Made by a program: the position numbers and the translations under genes
Assembly (NCBI GenBank): GCA_046758745.1
Contig: JBHIAV010000031.1
Span: 1-36,397 of the forward strand
Reading direction: 5' to 3'
DNA: 36,397 nt
Origin: Gemmatimonadota bacterium
Lineage (GTDB): Bacteria > Gemmatimonadota > Gemmatimonadetes > Palauibacterales > Palauibacteraceae
In this document: positions 28,995 to 36,397 of the stretch, piece after piece
Layout of the letters: each line of letters starts with the position of its first letter
Numbering within the stretch: position 1 is the first letter of the stretch
The notes under the pieces: generated by a model
What the model was told of the DNA's origin: nothing
Databases searched by the model: none
Seen by the model: only the letters and a program-made list of their open reading frames with translations

Positions 28995-30828
28995 TCAATG
29001 TTCGCTGGGCTCGAAGGACCAGCCGAACACGCCGTATAGGATGACCGCCAGGCCGGCGAGCACCACCGGCAACATGGTCAGCGCCCCGACCGCCCCCAGC
29101 AGAATCCCCACGGCCACCACGATCGGGTAACGGGAGGGCCCCGGGCATGCGCGGTTCCCCCGGCTCCGCCGGCGGGATCTCGTAGCCCGGTCCTTCGCCC
29201 GCCCACAGCGGATCGCGGCCGCGGACCTCGGGGACCACGCGGAAGTTGTAGTGGGGCGGCGGCGAGGCTGTCGACCACTCCAGCGTGCTCCCTCCCCACG
29301 GGTCCGATCCGGCCGCCGTTCCCTTCCGAAGGCTCCGAACGACGTTGTACAGAAAGATCAGAATCGATGCGCCGAGGAGGAGCGATCCCACAGTCGAGAG
29401 AAGGTTCAGACGTTCAAAACCGAGACCGCCTTGATACGTGAAGGTACGTCGCGGCATCCCGTGCAGGCCGAGGAGGTGTTGGGGAAAGAAGGTGATGTTG
29501 AAGGCGATCAGCATGAACCAGAAGTGGAGCTTGCCGATCCCCTCGCTCAGCGTCCGCCCCGTCACCTTGGGGAACCAGTAATAGACCCCGCTGAACAGCC
29601 CGAAGATGACGCCGCCGAACAGCACGTAGTGTATGTGCGCCACCACGAAATAGCTGTCCGTCTGCTGCAGATCGGCGGGCGGCGAAGAGTGCATCACGCC
29701 GCTCAGCCCGCCCATGATGAACATCGCGATGAAGCCGACCGCGAAATAGAGGGGCGTTCGAAATCGGATCGTCCCGCCCCACAGCGTCGCGATCCAGTTG
29801 AAGATCTTCACCCCCGTGGGGATCGCAATGAGCATGGTGGCGGCGGAGAAGACGGTGTTGGCGACCGGACCGAGTCCCACGGAGAACATATGGTGGGCCC
29901 ACACGCCGAAGCCGAGGAAGGCGATCAGCACCCCGGAGTAGACGACGAACGGATAGCCGAAGAGCGGCTTGCGCGAGAACGTGGGGATGACCTCCGACAC
30001 GATCCCGAGGGACGGCAGGAGGAGAATGTAGACCTCCGGGTGGCCGAAGATCCAGAATAGGTGTTGCCACAGCAGGACATCGCCCCCCGCTGCCGGGTCG
30101 AAGAAGAGCGTCCCGAAGAAGCGGTCGAACATCAGCAGCACGAGTCCCACCGTGATCGCCGGGAACGCCAGCACGATGAGGAACGAGGTGACCAGCGTCA
30201 TCCAGCTGAACAGGGGCATCCGCATCAGCTTGAGCCCCGGAGCTCGCAGGTTGAGGATCGTGACGATGAAGTTGAGGGCTGCCACGATCGACGCCACGCC
30301 GAGGATCAGCAGACCGAGCGCCCAGAAATCGACCCGCATCCCAGGCGAGTACTGGCTCGAGGTCAGGTTGGCGTAGCCGAACCACCCGGCATCGGGCGCG
30401 CCTCCGAACAGGAAGCTGGCGTTCAGGAAGAGCCCGCCGGCAAGGAACGTCCAGAAGCTGAAGGCGTTGAGCCGCGGGAAGGCCACGTCCCGCGCTCCGA
30501 GCTGCAGAGGAACGATGAAGTTGAAGAAGGCGGCACTGAGGGGCATGATGGCGAGAAAGACCATGGTCGTGCCGTGCATGGTGAACAGCTGATTGTACAG
30601 GTCTGCGTCGATGAGCTCGCTCTCCGGGGCTCCGAGTTGGATGCGGATGAGCAGGGCCTCAAGCCCGCCGACCAGGAAGAAGAAGAGCGCCGACACCCCG
30701 TACAGCACCCCGATCCGCTTGTGGTCGACCGTGGTGATCCAGCTCCACAGCACGCCCGCATACGCACCCGCGTGCACCGCTTCTCCCATCGGCGCCCCAC
30801 GCTCCACGACCGCTTCGCCGGTGGCCAT
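28995..30828 (-). CDS. ctaD: Cytochrome c oxidase subunit I (A1 type), apparent 1-nt frameshift near the C-terminus
   Basis: DHKRIG, TMHGT, GHPEVY, WAHHM, VVAHIHY, GMPRR. Removing one base from the C4 run at 29139-29142 gives RMPGPSRYPIVVAVGILLGAVG..FGWSFEPSEH*, the Bacillus CtaD-like two-helix extension. Confidence 0.92.
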
Positions 30829-30830
30829 GG

Positions 30831-31868
30831 CTAGCGGAGGCTCCCGAGGTAGGCCACGAGGCTCCCGATCTGATCCTCGCTCAGGCCGAGCGAAGGCATC
30901 AGGGCGCCCGGCTTGACGGCCGGCGGATCCCGCAGCCACACGGCCAGGTTCCTCGGCGTGTTCTCGCGCATCCCGGCCGCCATCCTCTCCCGACTCCCGA
31001 AGTGGGTCAGATCGGGACCCTGCCTCCCCCGGGCCACCGTGCCCGCCACCGTGTGGCAGCCGATGCAGGCGCTCCGCAGGAAGAGATCACGGCCCGCCAG
31101 CTCGAGACTGTCGGCCGGTTCGGTGGCGGGCTCGCGCATGCGCTCCACCCAGGAAGCGAACTCGGCCGGCTCCTCCGCCACGAGCCGCATGCCCATCAAC
31201 GCGTGCGCGATGCCGCAGAACTCCGCGCACTGTCCGGTATACGTGCCCGCCGAGTCCACCGTGAACCAGAGGCGCGTCTCGTGGCCGGGAAGAAGGTCCC
31301 GTTTCCCCCCCACGCGCGGAAACCAGAAGCTGTGGATGACGTCCGCCGAGCTTAGGTGCAGGTCGACCGTTCGGCCGACTGGCACGTGCAGCTCGTTGGC
31401 CGTGGTGATCCCGAGCTCCGGATAGCGAAACTCCCACCACCACTGATGCCCGACGACCTCGATGGCCATCGCCTCCCCGGTCGGCGGCCGATCCACCTCC
31501 CATATCGTGCGGATAGTGGGGATGGCGATGAGGATGAGAACGACCGCCGGCGCCAGCGTCCATGAAATCTCGAGAAGAGTATGCCCATGCGTGGGGACCG
31601 GTGGGGCGCGACCGGGACGCTCCCGAAACCGAACCACCGCGACGAGGAGGGCACCTTCCACGATGACGAACACCCCGAAGGCGATCCACAAGATCACCTG
31701 GAAGAGGCGGTCGATCCCGGCCGCAAGGTCCGAGCTGGGAGAGAGCGAGGACTGGACGTACTCCGCGCCGCACCCCGTCAGCGGGACGCAGGCAATGCAC
31801 AGCACCGCCGCGAGGCGCCACCGCGACGGACGGGCTCTATCGGATGGCTGGGGGGTCGAGATCGTCAA
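30831..31868 (-). CDS. ctaC: Cytochrome c oxidase subunit II with fused cytochrome c (caa3 type)
   Basis: Lipobox LTGC; GHQWWWEFRY; DVIHSFW; CuA motif CAEFCGIAHALM; C-terminal CIGCH..GPDLTH..MP. Start uncertain (TTG 31868 preferred; the ORF-track TTG at 31937 coincides with a -35 box). Confidence 0.92.
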   Translation of the reverse strand: MTISTPQPSDRARPSRWRLAAVLCIACVPLTGCGAEYVQSSLSPSSDLAAGIDRLFQVILWIAFGVFVIVEGALLVAVVRFRERPGRAPPVPTHGHTLLEISWTLAPAVVLILIAIPTIRTIWEVDRPPTGEAMAIEVVGHQWWWEFRYPELGITTANELHVPVGRTVDLHLSSADVIHSFWFPRVGGKRDLLPGHETRLWFTVDSAGTYTGQCAEFCGIAHALMGMRLVAEEPAEFASWVERMREPATEPADSLELAGRDLFLRSACIGCHTVAGTVARGRQGPDLTHFGSRERMAAGMRENTPRNLAVWLRDPPAVKPGALMPSLGLSEDQIGSLVAYLGSLR

Positions 31869-31908
31869 GTGCGGCTTTGGCTTGTCTCGCCGGGCTCGAG
31901 GACGCGCC

Positions 31909-31937
31909 ACACTAGGCTGGATCGCCGGATGCGTCAA
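31909..31937 (-). promoter_or_regulatory. Putative sigma70 promoter of the cox operon
   Basis: Minus strand TTGACG-17nt-TAGTGT. Confidence 0.6.
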
Positions 31938-32013
31938 GCGCGAGTGGAACGTCCCGAGAACGCTGGCGGGCCCGGCGGCTCGAGGCTCTCCCGCCGACCC
32001 GCGACGTCGTCCA

Positions 32014-33597
32014 TCAGTGCCGGAAGGTGCGCCGTCCGGTGAGCACCATGGCGATCCCGTGCCCGTCCGCCGCGCCGACCACCTCCTCGTCGCGGACCGA
32101 GCCGCCGGGCTGCACGATGGCCCTCACCCCGGCGGCAGCCGCCTCGTCCACCCCATCGCGAAACGGAAAGAAGGCGTCCGAGGCGAGCACCGCGCCCGGG
32201 ACCCCGTGCCCCGCATCCCGAGCCTTCTGCACAGCCAGCCGTACGGCGTCGATTCGGCTCATCTGGCCGGCCCCGATCCCGATCGTCGCTCCGTCGCGGG
32301 CGAGCACGATTGCGTTGGATTTCACGGACTGGACCGCCGCCCATGCGAACGCCAGTTCCTCCCACTCTTCGTCCACAGGAGCACACGCCCCGCCCACCCG
32401 GGCGCCCGCCCGGAAGTCCGCGGGGCGCGCCGGCGCGGGAGGAGTCTGGAGAAGGATCCCTCCCCTCACCCCACGCGCCTCCAGCCCGCCCGCGATATGA
32501 CCCGTGCGTGTCTCCAGGTGCTCGCTGGGTCTCGGGCCCAGGATGCGGAGGTTCTTCTTCTCCGACAGGATGCGGAGCGCCTCGGCTGCATAGCCGGGCG
32601 CAAGCAGGCACTCGACGAAGAGCTCCGACAGCGCCTCCGCGGCCGTCTCGGTCACCGGCTCGCTGAACACGACGGTCGACCCGAAGGCGGAGACGGGATC
32701 GCACGCGAGCGCCCGTCGGAACGCCTCGATCGCCGAGCGTCCCCACGCGATGCCGCACGGCGTGGTGTGCTTGAGGATGGCGCACGCGGCTCGATCGGCA
32801 TCCAGGAATGGCGCGATGGCGCTCAGCGCGCCGTCCAGGTCGAGGAGATTGTTGAAGGACAGCTCCTTTCCGTGGAGCTGGCGGAGCGACGGCAGACCCC
32901 ACGCGGCGCCCGAGGCCCGATAGAACGCCGCCCGCTGATCCGGGTTCTCGCCGTAGCGGAGCGTCTGCGCGCGCGCGAGCGGCACGAGGATCTCCTCCGG
33001 AAAAGCCGCGTCTTCGGCCGGCTCGTCCGGCCGCAGGTAGGCGGCGACGGCCGCGTCGTAGGCAGCCGTGTGCCGGAACACCTTCGCGGCGAGCCGACGC
33101 CTGAGTTCCGTCTGGTCCTCGCTCGAATCGAGCGCCGCGGTGACAGGCTCGTAGTCGGCCGGATCGCACACGGCCCAGACGTGCGTGTGGTTCTTCGCGG
33201 CCGCGCGCAGCATGGTCGGGCCGCCGATGTCGATCTGCTCGAGAGCCTCGGCCAGGGTCGCGGAGGGTCGAGCGACCGTCGCGCGGAACGGGTAGAGGTT
33301 CACCGCGACCAGGTCGATGGTGCCGAAGCCGAGACGGGTGAGCTCCCGCTCGTCCGATCCGTGCGCCCGCCGCGCCAGCAGCCCGCCGTGCACGGCGGGA
33401 TGGAGCGTCTTCACCCGACCGCCGAGGATCTCGGGAAAGCCCGTGTATTCGGCAACGTCGACCACGGCGAGCCCGGCGGAGCGGAGCTCGCGCGCCGTTC
33501 CCCCGGTCGAGAGGATACGCCACCCGCGCTCGTCCAGGGCGCGCGCCAGCTCCACGATCCCCGTCTTGTCGCTCACGCTGAGCAGTGCCGTCCGCAT
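32014..33597 (-). CDS. purH: Bifunctional AICAR transformylase / IMP cyclohydrolase
   Basis: ALLSVSDKTG, GGRVKTLHP, IDIGGPTMLRAAAKN, LRYGENPDQ, VKSNAI, GAGQMSR, ASDAFFPF, QPGGS. Confidence 0.97.
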   Translation of the reverse strand: MRTALLSVSDKTGIVELARALDERGWRILSTGGTARELRSAGLAVVDVAEYTGFPEILGGRVKTLHPAVHGGLLARRAHGSDERELTRLGFGTIDLVAVNLYPFRATVARPSATLAEALEQIDIGGPTMLRAAAKNHTHVWAVCDPADYEPVTAALDSSEDQTELRRRLAAKVFRHTAAYDAAVAAYLRPDEPAEDAAFPEEILVPLARAQTLRYGENPDQRAAFYRASGAAWGLPSLRQLHGKELSFNNLLDLDGALSAIAPFLDADRAACAILKHTTPCGIAWGRSAIEAFRRALACDPVSAFGSTVVFSEPVTETAAEALSELFVECLLAPGYAAEALRILSEKKNLRILGPRPSEHLETRTGHIAGGLEARGVRGGILLQTPPAPARPADFRAGARVGGACAPVDEEWEELAFAWAAVQSVKSNAIVLARDGATIGIGAGQMSRIDAVRLAVQKARDAGHGVPGAVLASDAFFPFRDGVDEAAAAGVRAIVQPGGSVRDEEVVGAADGHGIAMVLTGRRTFRH

Positions 33598-33602
33598 TTC
33601 AC

Positions 33603-34361
33603 TCACCCTTCCGATGTGGCGGAGCCGCACGGGGAAGGGTGTCCTTCTCCGACTCCCTCAAACGCGAACCGCGATCCGGCGAACCACGGCCGCTCCCACC
33701 GACAGCCGCCATCCCCGAGACGGACCTCTCCGCGCGCAAACGCCACCACCACCTCCGGAAGGAGACGGTGTTCCACCTCCAGCACCCGCGCCGCGAGGCT
33801 TTCCTCATCGTCATCCTCCCACACCGGGACCGGCCACTGTGCGATGATCGGCCCGCGGTCGTACTCCTCATCGACGAAGTGCACGGTGACGCCGGTGACA
33901 CGCGCTCCTGCGTCCAGGACGGCCGCGTGGACCCGACGACCGTACATCCCCGGGCCGCCGAAGCCGGGAAGGAGGGCGGGATGTATGTTGATGATTCGCC
34001 CCCGATATGCCCGCACCACCGGGCCGGGAACGCGCAGGAGGAACCCGGCCAACACCACGAGGCCCGCCCGGGCCAGCTCGAGCTCCCCGAGAAGCGCCCT
34101 GCACAGGCTTGAGCCCGGCCCTTCCCTTTCCCCGAAGGCAGCGCGTGGCAGGACGGCGGTCGGCACGCCGGCCCGCTCGGCCCGCTCCAGCGCGCCGATC
34201 CCCGGCCGGCTGGCCAGCACCCGCACCACCCGGGCCGGTGCGCCCGGCACGAAGTTCAGGCGATCGAGTAGGGCCTGTAGATTCGTGCCGGAGCCGGAGA
34301 CGAGGACGACCACCCGAAGCCCTTCTCCGGCTGCCCGCGGCTGATCCGTCGCGTCGCTCAC
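33603..34361 (-). CDS. purN: Phosphoribosylglycinamide formyltransferase
   Basis: LVSGSGTNLQA, LAGF, INIHPALLP, GVTVHFVDEEYDRGPII, EH. Confidence 0.95.
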   Translation of the reverse strand: MSDATDQPRAAGEGLRVVVLVSGSGTNLQALLDRLNFVPGAPARVVRVLASRPGIGALERAERAGVPTAVLPRAAFGEREGPGSSLCRALLGELELARAGLVVLAGFLLRVPGPVVRAYRGRIINIHPALLPGFGGPGMYGRRVHAAVLDAGARVTGVTVHFVDEEYDRGPIIAQWPVPVWEDDDEESLAARVLEVEHRLLPEVVVAFARGEVRLGDGGCRWERPWFAGSRFAFEGVGEGHPSPCGSATSEG

Positions 34362-34903
34362 GCGCTGCCCCCCGCGCCTCCTCCCAGGGCCCGCGCGACC
34401 GCCTCCCCCAGGTCAGCGGCCGGGATGCAACCCGGCGGGGGTTCCGGGCCAGCCCGACCGGAGCGCAGAAGGAAGGCCGTGGCGCCGAGCTCGACGGCGG
34501 GAAGCACGTCCTTAACGCGATCCCCGATGAACAGAGCGTCCGCGAGGCGTATCCCGCGCCGGGCAGCCGCCCGGCGGAAGAGCCCCAGCCCCGGCTTCCG
34601 GCAGTCGCATACTTCCCCCTCGGGGTCGTGCGCGCACAGGTAGACGGCGTCCACCCGTGCCCCTTCCTCGGCCAGACGCCTCTCGACCTCGCGCTGCACA
34701 GTGCGGAAGTCATCGATGCCGTACAGGCCGCGTCCGATCCCCGACTGGTTCGTCACCACGATGACCGGGATTCTCTCGGCGTTGAGCCGGGCGATCGCCG
34801 CCGCGGCGCCGGGGAGGAGCTCCACGGAGAGCGGATCGGCCGGATAGCCGCTATCCCGGATGATCGTTCCGTCCCGGTCGAGGAACGCGGCGGAATAGCT
34901 CAC
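34358..34903 (-). CDS. gmhB: HAD-IIIA phosphatase, D-glycero-manno-heptose 1,7-bisphosphate phosphatase / HisB-N family
   Basis: FLDRDGT, VTNQSGIGRG, CAH..CDCRKP, IGD; start GTG 34903 overlaps the selA stop. Confidence 0.85.
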   Translation of the reverse strand: MSYSAAFLDRDGTIIRDSGYPADPLSVELLPGAAAAIARLNAERIPVIVVTNQSGIGRGLYGIDDFRTVQREVERRLAEEGARVDAVYLCAHDPEGEVCDCRKPGLGLFRRAAARRGIRLADALFIGDRVKDVLPAVELGATAFLLRSGRAGPEPPPGCIPAADLGEAVARALGGGAGGSA

Positions 34904-36321
34904 GCGCCGTCCCGCTCTCCTTGGAGGGCTTCGCCAACGGCGCGCGCCGCCTCTCTCTCCTCGCCGGGGAGGATCGTGCGGAAATCGATGCGGAGCTCCC
35001 CCTCCTCGACCCGCCCGACGAGCGGCGGCTCCGCGCTTCGGCAGCACGCGTCGAGCCGCTCGGCCCTCCCTCGCACGCCCCATCCTGCCGACTCGATCTC
35101 GAAGCCGGGGTAGGCCCCTCCTCCGACCACCGACTTCATGCGGCGCACGGTCACCCGCCGGGCGGCCGCTTCCGCGATCACGTCGAGCGCCTCCCTGGCC
35201 CTCCGCTCGACGGACTCCACCGGTTCGCGGAGCATCGCGAGGGCCGGCACACTGCGCACTGCCATCTCGGGATCGCGGTACAGAAGGAGCGTCGCCTCCA
35301 GGGCGGCGATGGTCATCTTGTCCACCCGAAACGCGCGCAGGAGAGGATTGCGTCGGAGCCGGCCGATCATGTCGCGAGTGCCGTGAATGATCCCGGCTTG
35401 CGGGCCGCCGAGGAGCTTGTCTGCGCTCCAGCAGACGACGTTCGCCCCGGCCGCCACCGACTCGGACGGCGACGGCTCGTGGGGGAAGCCGGGAAGGAGT
35501 GCGGGCAGCAGGAGGCCGGAGCCGAGGTCGTGCACGAGGGGCAGTCCGCGCTCCCGGCCGAGCGACGCGAGCTCCTCGAGCGAAGCGGACGCGACGTAGC
35601 CGGAGATCGTGTAGTTGGACGGATGCACCTTTAGGATCGCGGCCGTGGCCGCTCCGATGGCGCGCCGGTAGTCCTCGAGCCGCGTCCGGTTGGTGGTTCC
35701 CACCTCGACGAGGGTGGCCCCGGCCCGCTCGACGACGTCCGGGATGCGGAAGGCACCTCCAATCTCGATGAGTTCCCCGCGGGAGATGAGCACCTCACGG
35801 CCACGCGCCAGCTCGTTGACGGTGAGGGCCACGGCCGCCGCGTTGTTGTTCACCACGAGGGCCGCCTCGGAGCCGGTCAGCTCGCGGAGCAGCGCCGTGC
35901 AGTGCTCGTACCGGCTGCCTCGCCGGCCGGCCTGTAGTTCATACTCCAGATTCGAGTACCCCGGGGCCGCCCGAAGCACCGCCTCCAGGGCCTGCGCGGC
36001 AAGGGGAGCTCGACCGAGATTCGTGTGCAGGACGACCCCGGTTCCGTTGAGGACACGTCGGAGCGACGGCCGCGTGGCGAGCCGCAAGAGGTCGTGCGCG
36101 CGCCGGAGAAGCGCGTTCGCTCGGGGGGCCTCGGACCCGGTGGCGACGCCGGCCCGAGCCTCGTCGAGGGCTCCGCGAAGCGCCGCCTTCACCGGTTCCC
36201 GCCCCCATCTCTGGCTCCACTCCGCGGCCTCGGGCGTGCCCAGGAGCCAATCCACCGCGGGGAGGGCGCGCCGCGCGTCCACACGGCGCGGATCCAGTCC
36301 GTCGGGATCAGGCGGGCTCAT
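34900..36321 (-). CDS. selA: L-seryl-tRNA(Sec) selenium transferase
   Basis: NGTGVVLHTNLGRA, VVNNNAAA, SRGELIEIGG, EVGTTNRT, DLGSG, DKLLGGPQAG (PLP lysine). Confidence 0.96.
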   Translation of the reverse strand: MSPPDPDGLDPRRVDARRALPAVDWLLGTPEAAEWSQRWGREPVKAALRGALDEARAGVATGSEAPRANALLRRAHDLLRLATRPSLRRVLNGTGVVLHTNLGRAPLAAQALEAVLRAAPGYSNLEYELQAGRRGSRYEHCTALLRELTGSEAALVVNNNAAAVALTVNELARGREVLISRGELIEIGGAFRIPDVVERAGATLVEVGTTNRTRLEDYRRAIGAATAAILKVHPSNYTISGYVASASLEELASLGRERGLPLVHDLGSGLLLPALLPGFPHEPSPSESVAAGANVVCWSADKLLGGPQAGIIHGTRDMIGRLRRNPLLRAFRVDKMTIAALEATLLLYRDPEMAVRSVPALAMLREPVESVERRAREALDVIAEAAARRVTVRRMKSVVGGGAYPGFEIESAGWGVRGRAERLDACCRSAEPPLVGRVEEGELRIDFRTILPGEEREAARAVGEALQGERDGA

Positions 36322-36397
36322 GGCGGGCGGGGGGCCTGCGGATCCGTCGTGTCGGTGGGCGCCGCGTCCTGGGCGCCGGTCGTGTCGCCGGGCGCCG
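36318..36397 (-). CDS. 3' end of upstream gene (partial, low-complexity tail)
   Basis: Frame ..APGDTTGAQDAAPTDTTDPQAPRPP* ends in an ATGA overlap with the selA start. Confidence 0.4.
   Translation of the reverse strand, partial: APGDTTGAQDAAPTDTTDPQAPRPP

Noticed and set aside
28366-30939. 857-aa fused cytochrome oxidase I+III as a real novel protein
   Set aside because: The alternative frame restores the expected subunit I C-terminal helices and stop; a single homopolymer indel explains the fusion.
31462-34344. 960-aa plus-strand ORF
   Set aside because: Antisense shadow of ctaC/purH/purN in high-GC DNA; Arg/Pro/Gly-rich with no motifs.
1-36397. Selenoproteins (in-frame UGA + SECIS), tRNA-Sec, known riboswitches, defence systems
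   Set aside because: Looked for because of selA. No gene appears truncated at a UGA in a Cys-equivalent position, and no recognisable RNA or defence motifs were seen by eye; covariance-model searches were not run.

Overview
High-GC bacterial chromosomal segment; the gene content is compatible with Gemmatimonadota, but this is inferred, not shown. Left to right: (1) The 3' part of a Tad/Flp pilus operon (cpaE/tadZ, cpaF/tadA, tadB, tadC), continuing into DUF192, an extra AAA+ ATPase and a GT-C-like membrane protein. (2) DUF4159, a 5'-nucleotidase/CpdB-family enzyme, an SdpA/SdpB(HTTM)-like pair and a PrcB-type lipoprotein. (3) A convergent lipoprotein subtilase whose I9 propeptide is separated from the S8 domain by a near-identical ~1 kb duplicated LamG-like+FN3 module; both copies carry the same homopolymer frameshift. 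(4) A translationally coupled three-gene operon behind a sigma54-like site: a small 'YIDP.SGS' membrane peptide, a kinase-like/SAM-methyltransferase (NoeA-like) protein and an LtaS/sulfatase-fold membrane enzyme. (5) A lipoprotein, a hairpin-rich intergenic stretch and a membrane spermidine-synthase-like protein. (6) An SmtB/ArsR repressor and P1B-2 Zn/Cd ATPase with a clear operator-promoter. (7) A GT-C glycosyltransferase and a caa3-type cytochrome c oxidase operon, whose apparent I-III fusion is probably a frameshift artefact. (8) selA-gmhB-purN-purH. No rRNA, tRNA, CRISPR array or transposase was recognised. All family assignments come from motif recognition by eye; no searches were run.
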